64,000 bases of DNA from a virus. The notes under the pieces are model-generated. The model did not search any database, was not told the origin of the DNA, and saw only the letters and a list, made by a program, of their open reading frames with translations. Shown here in pieces: positions 1-8,277 of this stretch. The position numbers were made by a program, and so were the translations under genes. The DNA lies in UHGV virus genome UHGV-1378817. One strand, 5' to 3'. The stretch's first letter is position 1. The number at the start of each line of letters is the position of its first letter.

Positions 1-1414
1 ATCTTTCCCCGTTGAATTTTTCAAGTTCAGTCAGAAATGCTTCCAGAGTATCAGGATGGAAACTGGATTTTACAATCCTCACCATTCCTTGTTGGGCAAG
101 ATTGGCAAAAGGTGAGAACCTTGTCAGTTTAGATTTGTTGGAAGGCATTGGGTCTTCTTCAACCCTAAACCCTTCGGCGAGCAAGGATCTAGAGGAGGTT
201 AAGAACTCACTCTTACCTGCCTGACCTGGGTCCACAGAGAAGACGATTATGCAATCATCACCATCAAACTGCGCCTGTTTCCTGATGATCACATCTCGTT
301 CACCAGCCTTTTTACAGAACTTGCCTTCCAGACCTGTGGAATACCTCCCGTCATCCACGTTCTCAGGACAATAATCACCGGACAGGTAATAAAAGCCGTC
401 GCTATCTTTACTTACCTTAACACTGGCGGTAAAGTCAGGAAACTTATTACCAGAAGTTCTCTCGGTTCCTGCCTTATCCCATGCCCTACAAGATACTGAT
501 CCAAGGGGCACTCTGTCGGCATCACGAAGGAAAGATCTTTGAAAATAGTTTGCACCCTCAGGCTTTGCAAACCAGTTACCATGGAGAAGCTGAGCTTTTT
601 CAAGCTCGGGCAGACCTTCAAGGAAAGCAAGGTATTCTGGGTTGTCTCTTAAGCAGACAGGATTATCGAATATTGTTGCGCCTATAAACGAGAATGACAA
701 CGGTCTTGGCTTGATCTCCACACCCAGTCCGTTAACCGTGGTGTATTTCTCTATCAACTCTTCTTTAGAGTCTCCCCAGATAAATTCACCGTCGCGTCGG
801 ATAAAATATCTTTTCTTACCACATTTCTCCGGATCTGGATACCCTTCATCGTCCAACCACCATCTAACCAGTTTGGCAAGCATGTGTTCTGAATCGGGGT
901 TACAGCTGATAACCATTCTTGATGGATACTTTGACTGAGATCGCAGACGAGACATCAGATAGTCTATCTGCTCCCATTCGAACTGCGTGCCCTCATCGAA
1001 GCAAACCATGGTATACTCAAGCCCTTGATGGTTAAGCTTATCTTGTACATACTCCATGTGGCAGTATTTTACAACAGCTCCCTTTTTGCTTCTATCCCAC
1101 TTGCCAGTGTTCGGATCAAACCGTGGAAAAATGAACTTATGATCCTTCTCTCTGAACTTTGGCTTAATGTTTTCAGGCAGATCACTATAAATAGCTACTG
1201 CTTTAGGCCATAGTCCACCCTCACCTTCCAACTGTGGGGTTGTTCTTCGGAACATAACCACAGAGCTGTGGGGGTCATCAATAATTTTAAGTGGCATCAA
1301 TTGCAAGAGGAACGACTTGCCAGACCCTGCGGCACCGCCGATTACCAAAATATCTGCATCGTTTTCGAGGATCATCTTCTGCTTTTCAGAACACGGTCCG
1401 TAAATCTTAGACAT
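1..1414 (-). CDS. terminase large subunit, N-terminal ~470 codons; C-terminus lies beyond the window start
   Basis: Manual minus-strand translation from ATG at 1412-1414 stays open to position 1; absent from the ORF track because there is no in-window stop. Starts MSKIYGPCSEKQKMILENDADILVIGGAAGSGKSFLL (Walker A), then MVCFDEGTQF (Walker B-like) and NPEYLAFLEGLPELEKAQLLHGNW. Confidence 0.7.
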   Translation of the reverse strand, partial: MSKIYGPCSEKQKMILENDADILVIGGAAGSGKSFLLQLMPLKIIDDPHSSVVMFRRTTPQLEGEGGLWPKAVAIYSDLPENIKPKFREKDHKFIFPRFDPNTGKWDRSKKGAVVKYCHMEYVQDKLNHQGLEYTMVCFDEGTQFEWEQIDYLMSRLRSQSKYPSRMVISCNPDSEHMLAKLVRWWLDDEGYPDPEKCGKKRYFIRRDGEFIWGDSKEELIEKYTTVNGLGVEIKPRPLSFSFIGATIFDNPVCLRDNPEYLAFLEGLPELEKAQLLHGNWFAKPEGANYFQRSFLRDADRVPLGSVSCRAWDKAGTERTSGNKFPDFTASVKVSKDSDGFYYLSGDYCPENVDDGRYSTGLEGKFCKKAGERDVIIRKQAQFDGDDCIIVFSVDPGQAGKSEFLTSSRSLLAEGFRVEEDPMPSNKSKLTRFSPFANLAQQGMVRIVKSSFHPDTLEAFLTELEKFNGER

Positions 1415-1701
1415 TAACCTCTCTCCTTTGGAAACAGTGTTCTAATATAGTCTTGCAAAATGATCAATTTAGCTCTATCATTGCTACAAGACAGATTATT
1501 ATCCCTCATAATGCCAGAATTCACTGCATCTGGAGCACCTTTCTTCAAAGGCATAGCTTTAGCAGGTGGTTTCATGGCACCTTCCGGGGGTTTAACAATC
1601 AACCTTCCTACATCCGGAGGGTCAATCTTGTATTCTCTCTCAACGCTGGTTGCACACCCACATAATAACAAGCACACAATAAACAGTGTAGCAACTCTCA
1701 T
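1414..1701 (-). CDS. o-spanin-like outer-membrane lipoprotein (Rz1-like)
   Basis: N-terminus MRVATLFIVCLLLCGC (signal plus Cys), proline-rich periplasmic region; stop overlaps terminase ATG (TAATG); start overlaps upstream gene. Confidence 0.5.
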   Translation of the reverse strand: MRVATLFIVCLLLCGCATSVEREYKIDPPDVGRLIVKPPEGAMKPPAKAMPLKKGAPDAVNSGIMRDNNLSCSNDRAKLIILQDYIRTLFPKERG

Positions 1702-2096
1702 CGATCCTCCTGATTGATACTCTCATTATAAATATCTATAAGCTGATCAGGGAGTGTTGACTTCTTGCCTTCAGGTGATTGGAGGTAGATAATCTGCTTT
1801 TCTTTACCTGCCCTCTCAGCCATATTTAATTTATCCTGCAGATCAGAAAGAGATTTTTCAAGGTTTTTAACCTCCTCTGCGTGGCCCATTTTAATTTTGT
1901 CGGCCTGCTTTTGTTGCTGATCAAGGATCCGTTCCCACTTTAACTCTGTTGCTGACACACCCTCTTGGTAGGCATCATTAAGCTTGGAGTTAAACCAATA
2001 CACGGCCCCAAGATAAGCTGTACCTATCGCAGCTGCAAAAACTAAACCTTTTATGATCCCTCTATACCTACTCAGCCATGTTAAAACTGAAATCAT
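1698..2096 (-). CDS. i-spanin-like protein (Rz-like)
   Basis: Single N-terminal TM segment (GLVFAAAIGTAYLGAVYWF) followed by a charged, coiled-coil-like region; 4-nt overlap with the downstream lipoprotein gene. Confidence 0.5.
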   Translation of the reverse strand: MISVLTWLSRYRGIIKGLVFAAAIGTAYLGAVYWFNSKLNDAYQEGVSATELKWERILDQQQKQADKIKMGHAEEVKNLEKSLSDLQDKLNMAERAGKEKQIIYLQSPEGKKSTLPDQLIDIYNESINQEDR

Positions 2097-2109
2097 TTTA
2101 AGGCTCCAG

Positions 2110-2141
2110 AAACGAAAAAACCCCGCAGCTATACAGCTAAC
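2110..2141 (-). terminator. putative rho-independent terminator (minus strand)
   Basis: GC stem (CCCCG...CGGGG) around a palindromic loop, followed on the minus strand by a T6 run; downstream of ORF 2202-2471. Confidence 0.4.
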
Positions 2142-2201
2142 GGGGCGGGTTAAAATTGAGTAACCTAAATAGATCGAAACTAACTAAAAGGAGACTAATA
2201 C

Positions 2202-2471
2202 TTATCGAGGCACTCGGTGGATGATTCTAACAGTAACTGCATTTTCATTCATCAAGTATGCATCTACATCTCTGTAAATATAAAACTTCTGCTCACTATC
2301 AACAACACAAGCTACCGCCCCTTCAGAGTTGTCTTCAAAAAAGACCACCACTGCATCGCAGCTGAGTTCATGATATGACTCTCGAAGATTTACAGCCAGA
2401 GGATTGAAATCGTCACGAAAATCTACGGTATGGGTTGGATTTACACGCTCTACAATTTTAAGTGTATACAT
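2202..2471 (-). CDS. hypothetical protein
   Basis: ORF-track ORF 2202-2561 trimmed to the internal Met (MYTLKIV...) because the longer start overlaps tRNA-Pro. Confidence 0.4.
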   Translation of the reverse strand: MYTLKIVERVNPTHTVDFRDDFNPLAVNLRESYHELSCDAVVVFFEDNSEGAVACVVDSEQKFYIYRDVDAYLMNENAVTVRIIHRVPR

Positions 2472-2517
2472 TTTAAAGGTTCCTTTTGTTTGTATATGTT
2501 TAAAGTATAACTGAAAG

Positions 2518-2594
2518 TGGTCTCCACGGAGTGATTCGAACACTCGACCTCCTGATCCCAAATCAGGCGCTCTACCAAGCTGAGCTACGCGGAG
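2518..2594 (-). tRNA. tRNA-Pro (anticodon UGG)
   Basis: Minus-strand cloverleaf: 7-bp acceptor stem, anticodon stem CCUGA/UCAGG with loop UUUGGGA, T-loop GTTCGAATC, encoded CCA. Confidence 0.7.
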
Positions 2595-2605
2595 TATTTA
2601 TTATT

Positions 2606-2680
2606 TGGTGGCCCTGGGTGGAATTGAACCACCGTCTGGCGATTATGAGTCGCTTGCTTGAACCTTCCAGCTACAGGGCC
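2606..2680 (-). tRNA. tRNA-Met (anticodon CAU; could be a lysidine-modified Ile tRNA)
   Basis: Acceptor stem GGCCCUG/CAGGGCC, anticodon loop CUCAUAA, T-loop GGTTCAATTCC, encoded CCA. Confidence 0.6.
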
Positions 2681-2681
2681 A

Positions 2682-2757
2682 TGGTGCTGATAGCAGGACT
2701 CGAACCTGCAACCTATTGATTACAAATCAATTGCACTACCAATTGTGCTACATCAGC
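2682..2757 (-). tRNA. tRNA-Thr (anticodon UGU)
   Basis: Acceptor GCUGAUG/CAUCAGC, anticodon stem AUUGA/UCAAU with loop UUUGUAA, T-loop GGTTCGAGTCC, encoded CCA. Confidence 0.65.
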
Positions 2758-2762
2758 AAAAA

Positions 2763-2861
2763 GGTGCTAGGTGATGGAATCGAACCACCTATGTATTCAA
2801 CGACTACCTCGTCTATTTTCAGGATTAAAAATCCTCGCCCTTGCCAAAGGGCTTACCTAGC
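2763..2861 (-). tRNA. type II (long variable arm) tRNA-like gene, anticodon ambiguous
   Basis: Good acceptor stem (GCUAGGU/ACCUAGC), D-arm and T-arm (GGTTCGATTCC) plus a long variable arm, but the anticodon arm only forms a 4-bp stem with loop UUUUUAA; no encoded terminal A. Confidence 0.4.
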
Positions 2862-2959
2862 TCAGTATGTTGACCATGTTGCTAGTCGGCGATGACGACT
2901 GTAACATTTGATAATCCGGTTCTGCTTCCGGCTTTCGCTTAATTACAAGGTCAACAATA

Positions 2960-3049
2960 TGGCTGAGGGTAATGGAATCGAACCATCATCGAGTCATCCT
3001 CAACGGGACGGTTTTCAAGACCGCTTGAGCACCATTGCTCCCTACCCTC
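2960..3049 (-). tRNA. tRNA-Ser (anticodon UGA)
   Basis: Acceptor GAGGGUA/UACCCUC, anticodon loop CUUGAAA, long variable arm, T-loop GGTTCGATTCC, encoded CCA. Confidence 0.6.
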
Positions 3050-3164
3050 ATTTATAAACAATACTGATAATGACACTGATTTTCGAGCAGTTAGTGACTA
3101 GTATAAACGACGATAAATATCAATGCCATTATCTGTATGATTTATGCATTTAAAACTATAAATT

Positions 3165-3251
3165 TGGTGGGGAGTGGTGGAGTCGAACCACCCGAGTCGC
3201 AATGACAATAGATTTACAGTCTACACCGCTACCTCTACGGGATAACTCCCC
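3165..3251 (-). tRNA. tRNA-Tyr (anticodon GUA)
   Basis: Acceptor GGGGAGU/ACUCCCC, anticodon loop CUGUAAA, long variable arm, T-loop GGTTCGACTCC, encoded CCA. Confidence 0.6.
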
Positions 3252-3255
3252 AATT

Positions 3256-3330
3256 TGGCACCCCGTACTGGACTCGAACCAGTGTCAACGGCTTAGAAGG
3301 CCGCTGCTTTATCCACTAAGCTAACAGGGC
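3256..3330 (-). tRNA. tRNA-Arg (anticodon UCU)
   Basis: Acceptor stem with G-U wobbles, anticodon loop CUUCUAA, T-loop GGTTCGAGTCC, encoded CCA. Confidence 0.65.
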
Positions 3331-3426
3331 ACTGGGTGGCTTTCTTTTACACCTTAGCCGCCAGAAAAGGTGGGAGACCATGTTTACAATATTACACTGT
3401 TAAGCAAAGTTTGTCAAGAAAATATT

Positions 3427-3765
3427 TTAGCTATTGCCAACAGGTTGTATTTCTGTGGTAAATGGCATAAAAGGTGCTGGTTTTTCAGCCTCTTCTACTA
3501 CCACCTCTTCCTCTTCACCAAACATCTCATCATATTCTTCCTGCATTCGGTCTGCCTTATCAAGAACATACTCTGCAATGCTTTGACGAATATTTTGTTT
3601 GGTTTTCGGGTCCAACATCAGCTCTCTTAAAACTTTGTGAGCTTCTGGAACCATCGCTATAAAAGATTCCTTCATATCAAGGATGTTCTTCTCTAGCTGA
3701 ATGGCGTTGGACTCCTCTTTCAGAGGTCTGCCTCTACGGCGACGCTTTTTAGTTGTATCCGCCAT
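3427..3765 (-). CDS. hypothetical protein, basic N-terminus and acidic C-terminus
   Basis: ORF 3427-3918 trimmed to internal Met (MADTTKKRRRRGRP...); minus-strand TTGACA-17-TAAAAT promoter and GGAGGA RBS immediately upstream. Confidence 0.45.
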   Translation of the reverse strand: MADTTKKRRRRGRPLKEESNAIQLEKNILDMKESFIAMVPEAHKVLRELMLDPKTKQNIRQSIAEYVLDKADRMQEEYDEMFGEEEEVVVEEAEKPAPFMPFTTEIQPVGNS

Positions 3766-4113
3766 GTTTCCTCCATTATCACGTGATAGGTGGATTTTAT
3801 CATAGCAAATACTGATTGTCAAGTTCGCCGCAGGGTGGTATTCCCTGCGACTTGCCCAGCGTCCTGGACCAGCAAGACCCAACAAGTGGGTTTTCCAGCT
3901 ATACCCATTACCGCACACAGGCTCGACCTTATTACAGGTTGGCTGGGGTCACATCGTCATGTGCTGGCTGCCCCTACCATTTTAAGTGTGGTGCACTATC
4001 AAGCCCTCTAAGGGGAACTCAGCCTTCTCCGAACCCTGTTTCAAAGCATCCGGAGATAAAGCCATCAAATTCATCTTTAAATTGGATATTCATCATAATA
4101 CACGAAAACAACC

Positions 4114-4356
4114 TCATTGTAAAGCACAAATAAATAAAACATACTTAATTTGTTTGTTATCAGGCTCAGGGTAGAAGTAGAAGATCTTGCTATCACCGAT
4201 CTGAACACCACCATCCCAACAGCATAGCCCATAACCCGTATTCATACAAGCTAAGTCGTTGGCAAAATCTATTGCATCATCCAGTGCACGAAATTCACCT
4301 TCATCTTCTAAATAATCCTCATTCATGGAACGAAAAACGAGCTTAACCTTAAACAT
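4114..4356 (-). CDS. hypothetical protein
   Basis: 80-aa minus-strand ORF in a gene-dense minus block. Confidence 0.35.
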   Translation of the reverse strand: MFKVKLVFRSMNEDYLEDEGEFRALDDAIDFANDLACMNTGYGLCCWDGGVQIGDSKIFYFYPEPDNKQIKYVLFICALQ

Positions 4357-4432
4357 AGCATTACCTGTAGACCTCGTAAGTTAAAATTGTATCACATCAT
4401 ATTGCAGATCTTATCAGGTAACATTATTTTTG

Positions 4433-4642
4433 TCAACAGATTCCGGCCTTATCTCGCCTGTCTGCGTATTCTTTAATCGCAACCTCCTCGGCATGGGTGA
4501 CTAAATCTTCAAAGTAACTCTCAAGCTCCTCGTCAATGTCAGGAAACCAACTCTTTTTCCTGTCAGTGTGAATCGCAGACTTGTTGAATTTATTACAGTT
4601 CTTTGCTACCGGATTGTTCATTAATCGCCCCTCAGCGTTCAT
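4433..4642 (-). CDS. hypothetical protein
   Basis: 69-aa minus-strand ORF; start region overlaps the stop of ORF 4632-5210. Confidence 0.3.
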   Translation of the reverse strand: MNAEGRLMNNPVAKNCNKFNKSAIHTDRKKSWFPDIDEELESYFEDLVTHAEEVAIKEYADRRDKAGIC

Positions 4643-5210
4643 AGTAAATCTTATTTAACATTACCTCATCCTTTGCAGAGAGAATACCGAGATATGCATC
4701 ACCGAACCTACCTGCAACAACCTCTACATGATACATAACTTCGTTAATATCGTCAAGAGTGATAACTGGATGACCGTATCTCTCTGAGTATTGTCTCAGA
4801 GTGCGATGTAGGGAATCATCATCGTAGGCAGACTTTTTAATATCACAAACACGACGAATAGCCTTGATGTCGAAAAACCCTGTGCGATACCAACCAAGAA
4901 AAAGGTTTCGTACAGTGTCAACACCTACATCAACACCGTCAAGAACCTTATCTACAAGATAGCTGTCATCCTTTGGACCTGCTTCCTTAGTTCGAATGTA
5001 GTTGCCATCTTTTCCAGGTGACAGCTCCTTCTCATCACCAACCTGAATGCCATCATTTGGCGGTGTTAACCACTTATCCGGATGCTTACGATCACGAGCG
5101 TTAGAATGATTACGCTGGAAACCTGGCTTCCACTTGAAAGTTTTCTCCATCTGTTCTTCATTCTGATAACGTTTTGCAATCTTTTCACGGTCATCTTTGC
5201 GTGGACTCAT
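4632..5210 (-). CDS. hypothetical protein
   Basis: 192-aa minus-strand ORF; no motif I recognise. Confidence 0.45.
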   Translation of the reverse strand: MSPRKDDREKIAKRYQNEEQMEKTFKWKPGFQRNHSNARDRKHPDKWLTPPNDGIQVGDEKELSPGKDGNYIRTKEAGPKDDSYLVDKVLDGVDVGVDTVRNLFLGWYRTGFFDIKAIRRVCDIKKSAYDDDSLHRTLRQYSERYGHPVITLDDINEVMYHVEVVAGRFGDAYLGILSAKDEVMLNKIYYER

Positions 5211-5713
5211 AACTACCTCCTCTTCAAGTTATAGAAAAACTCACTGTATCGCTTTGTAACGAGCTTTTCTATCAAACTGGTGCGATTGCCTTACCTGGTA
5301 TAGTTTATATAGCTGTGGAGCGATTTAGGTGCCTTCTTGTCCGTTTCCACACATAAACTTCATCCAAGCTCGCGCGGGAGACTCTCAACCGACTCCTTAC
5401 GGCGCTGGCAAGCTTTCGTCGGTGGTCCACATCAGTGCTCGGCCTTTGGCCTGCGCTATCGCTTCGCTCCCACACATGTTAACAGACCTGCATGTATGCA
5501 CTTCTGTTATTGTGTGCACCAGGGAGGCCCGGCATCTCGCCCCTCGTAGGCGAGTGCCAATGAAGGGCCGACACTACCCATAGTAAGTAATAAATTTAAA
5601 ACATGGTACTTAGGATCTAGTATATTCTACATAAGTTAAGTATATGTACTTAGTACCATAAGTACTAGATCTTTTATTTTTTATTATTTAGTTATTTTAG
5701 TTATATTCTTTAT

Positions 5714-5795
5714 GTGTCCGTATCACGGACAGTTAGTGTCCGTATTACGGGCAGATGTGTCCGCGTGACGGACAGTAGTGTCCGTATCACGGACA
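5714..5795. repeat. four tandem copies of a 17-bp palindrome TGTCCGT-N3-ACGGACA (operator- or iteron-like array)
   Basis: Copies at about 5714, 5737, 5758 and 5779; two perfect (TGTCCGTATCACGGACA), two degenerate; spacing 21-23 bp. Confidence 0.6.
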
Positions 5796-5870
5796 GTTAC
5801 TAACCTCTGTTCCATAGCGAACATAAAACATACGAATCCTTATAGTACAGATATTTAAGTTTTTACTGGT

Positions 5871-6221
5871 CTAACCAGTTGTTGACATTCGAATAACCTC
5901 TTCTGGTGGCAAAACTTTGGAAAATGTGCATCTTTTACCTCTCCCTTGTGTGGATATTTCAACCACTCCTGCACATTCTAAAGTTTTAACGCACGCTGCT
6001 GCTTTTGTTTTCTTTATCCCAACATCTGCTGCAATTTTCCTTGTGCTGGGTGTGAAGCGTGAACTTCCTCCAAGCTTATACCAGTTGTGCAGGTAGCAGT
6101 ATACGATCTTGTCATACAAGTCAAGAACAACAACCTCCCCAGTTGTGTCATTCAAAACTTTTGACATAGACAGTATTTCAAGGGGGACTTTAAGATATAG
6201 CAGCTTATCCCCATCTTTCAT
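5871..6221 (-). CDS. putative helix-turn-helix DNA-binding protein
   Basis: 116-aa ORF; C-terminal segment TPSTRKIAADVGIKKTKAAACVKTLECAGVV looks like an HTH/winged-helix; sits next to the palindrome array. Confidence 0.35.
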   Translation of the reverse strand: MKDGDKLLYLKVPLEILSMSKVLNDTTGEVVVLDLYDKIVYCYLHNWYKLGGSSRFTPSTRKIAADVGIKKTKAAACVKTLECAGVVEISTQGRGKRCTFSKVLPPEEVIRMSTTG

Positions 6222-6268
6222 ATCTCCTGATTCTCCTTGTGTGGCAATTTTCTTTAAAATAGCAGGGA

Positions 6269-6823
6269 TTACTCCCCGCTGTCAATAGCAAGACTCATTG
6301 CAATACTGTATGCCTCTTCTAATGGTAAGAGTCTACCCCACACATCCCAACCGACATCAAACTGCCTGCCAAACAACTGTTGTGTGGTTCCGTGAGCATG
6401 ACCGAACAGTTGTACTGATCCGTGAGGCTTTCTGTTCCACTTTGCAAACTGGTAATGGCTCATACAGATCAAATTCTTGTTGTGGCGAAGCTCGTAATAA
6501 TCTACAACCTCATGATAGAACTCTTTCATAATTCTGACAGTCGTCCTTGTGTCATGGTTGCCACGAACAAGAATAATATGTCCGTTCAACATATTTAGAA
6601 TATCTGGAAGTAAGTTGTTGATATTTTTATCAGTAGTGCACGCAATATCTCCCAAGTGGAACACAGTGTCTGCAGGTGACACAACAGAGTTCCACTCGGC
6701 GATGATTCCCGCATTCATACTGTCAAGATTGTGATCATACTGAGATCTGTGTTTTTGACATGAATCAAACTCCATGACCCGCTGGTGGAGAAAGTGTGTG
6801 TCGCTTGTTACAAAGTATTTCAT
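6269..6823 (-). CDS. calcineurin-like metallophosphoesterase
   Basis: Motifs SDTHF (DxH), GDI, GNHD and GHAHG in canonical order; ORF 6269-6928 trimmed to Met MKYFVTSDTHF. Confidence 0.6.
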   Translation of the reverse strand: MKYFVTSDTHFLHQRVMEFDSCQKHRSQYDHNLDSMNAGIIAEWNSVVSPADTVFHLGDIACTTDKNINNLLPDILNMLNGHIILVRGNHDTRTTVRIMKEFYHEVVDYYELRHNKNLICMSHYQFAKWNRKPHGSVQLFGHAHGTTQQLFGRQFDVGWDVWGRLLPLEEAYSIAMSLAIDSGE

Positions 6824-6830
6824 ACATTCC

Positions 6831-7241
6831 TCATTTAAGTTTAATGCAGTTTTTAAGCTGGCGTTCCATACGATCCACAACCCTGTCTGGAACATCATGA
6901 ATGCTTTTATTACCGTGTCGGTTTTCAACCACGATTACGGTATAATTATACCCATGGCTGATTGCCATGTCAACATATTCTTGCACATGTTTTTCTTTTG
7001 TAAACGTATTACTTACCACGATACGGTCGTATCCCATACGCATCATATCTTCTACGTTATCTTTGCACCATTTTGCTGCAAGTGTTACTTTACTTGCATC
7101 CCAGTTGTAATTGCCGTCATCGTCGTACCAGAACATGTCGTTCTCAAAATGTGGATACAGACCTTCTAAAGATAGCGCATTTGCCAGTGTTGATTTGCCA
7201 GACCCTGGTAGACCACGCACGATATATAGCATTTTAGACAT
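6831..7241 (-). CDS. P-loop polynucleotide 5'-kinase-like protein
   Basis: MSKMLYIVRGLPGSGKSTLANAL Walker A; overall pattern resembles the T4 Pnk kinase domain; GGAGGA RBS upstream of ATG at 7241. Confidence 0.55.
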   Translation of the reverse strand: MSKMLYIVRGLPGSGKSTLANALSLEGLYPHFENDMFWYDDDGNYNWDASKVTLAAKWCKDNVEDMMRMGYDRIVVSNTFTKEKHVQEYVDMAISHGYNYTVIVVENRHGNKSIHDVPDRVVDRMERQLKNCIKLK

Positions 7242-7341
7242 AGTAATCCTCCGTTTTAATTTCAAAGATAGTATACCTAACTGTTTTGTTAATTTCAAGT
7301 GTTGACACTAGGTTATTTGTGTGGCAGGATAGACTGACAAA

Positions 7342-8277
7342 ATGACAAATGAGGAACGTATGATGAAGTATTTTAATGCAGACGACCTAGTTGACAAAGG
7401 TCTTGTAACCAGTAGATATTACCCAGATCTTGGGTTAAAGATCTATAAATACGCCAGAAAAGTATTTTACAACAATTTATGGCATTTGTCCCCTCGTTTA
7501 CTGGAGTGCCGAGGCATTGTTGTCGGTAATGAAGGAAATGTTGTGGCATGGCCCTTCACAAAAGTGTTTAACTTGGGAGAAAACTCCACCAACCTGCCTG
7601 ACAATAAGCTTGTGACGGCGGTAGAGAAAAAGAACGGATTCCTTGGTGTGGTATCATCTCATAAAGGTGAACTATTGTTCTCAACAACCGGATCTCTTGA
7701 TTCTCCATATTGTAACCTTGCAAAGGAAACCATCCAGGAGCAATGCGGTAATTTAGATCTTATCAAGAAGGTTATGGGCAATGAAAACATGACATTCATG
7801 TTTGAAATTTGTCACCCTTCAGATCCGCATATTGTTCAGGAAGATCATGGCGCATATTTGATAGGTTGCAGGTATAATGATTCTGGAATAATGCTACCAG
7901 AGGCAGCTTTAGATGGGATTGCCAAATACCTTGGTGCAAAACGTCCTCACACTGTGCGTGAAATTCCGTTCAGCTATGCAAAAGAATTGGCTGCAGAAAC
8001 AAGAGGTGAAGGGTATATGATTCGTAAGCCTTACTATCCTTATGATCTGCAGCTGAAGATCAAGTCTCCATACTATCTGGCACGGAAGGCCGTAATGAGG
8101 GGTAAAGCTTGGAAGATTTGGGATGATGATATCTTTAAACGTGTTGACGAAGAGTTTTACGGCATGGTAAACTTCATTCGCAACAACTACACAGAGGATG
8201 TATGGAACTGCCTCCTGGAGCAGGAACGCCGTGAGATACTTGACTACTATTTCCACAACGAGGACTATATGCAATGA
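7342..8277 (+). CDS. RNA ligase (T4 Rnl1-like)
   Basis: LLECRGIVV, PFTKVFNLGEN and nucleotidyltransferase motif I lysine in VEKKNGFLGVV parallel T4 RnlA (ECRGIMF, PMEKFFNLNEN, LTKEDGSLV). True start may be ATG at 7360 (better RBS). Confidence 0.55.
   Translation: MTNEERMMKYFNADDLVDKGLVTSRYYPDLGLKIYKYARKVFYNNLWHLSPRLLECRGIVVGNEGNVVAWPFTKVFNLGENSTNLPDNKLVTAVEKKNGFLGVVSSHKGELLFSTTGSLDSPYCNLAKETIQEQCGNLDLIKKVMGNENMTFMFEICHPSDPHIVQEDHGAYLIGCRYNDSGIMLPEAALDGIAKYLGAKRPHTVREIPFSYAKELAAETRGEGYMIRKPYYPYDLQLKIKSPYYLARKAVMRGKAWKIWDDDIFKRVDEEFYGMVNFIRNNYTEDVWNCLLEQERREILDYYFHNEDYMQ

Noticed and set aside
12-1213. Five short plus-strand ORFs from the ORF track (12-224, 481-687, 642-938, 1025-1213) and minus-strand ORF 412-630
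   Set aside because: All lie inside the terminase large subunit gene, which is open on the minus strand from 1414 to the window edge and has recognisable Walker motifs; they are alternative-frame or antisense shadows.
2870-2959. An additional tRNA between the type II tRNA-like gene and tRNA-Ser
   Set aside because: The segment has an inverted repeat (GTTGACC...GGTCAAC) but no T-loop consensus or cloverleaf; treated as spacer.
3790-4133. Plus-strand ORFs 3790-4011, 3816-4133 and 3986-4174
   Set aside because: Low-complexity Ser/Pro-rich translations of a GC-rich segment with no RBS or motif; more likely noncoding.
5329-5583. Plus-strand ORFs 5329-5583 and 5337-5549
   Set aside because: Arg/Pro/Ala-rich translations of a GC-rich stretch on the strand opposite the local gene orientation; no RBS.
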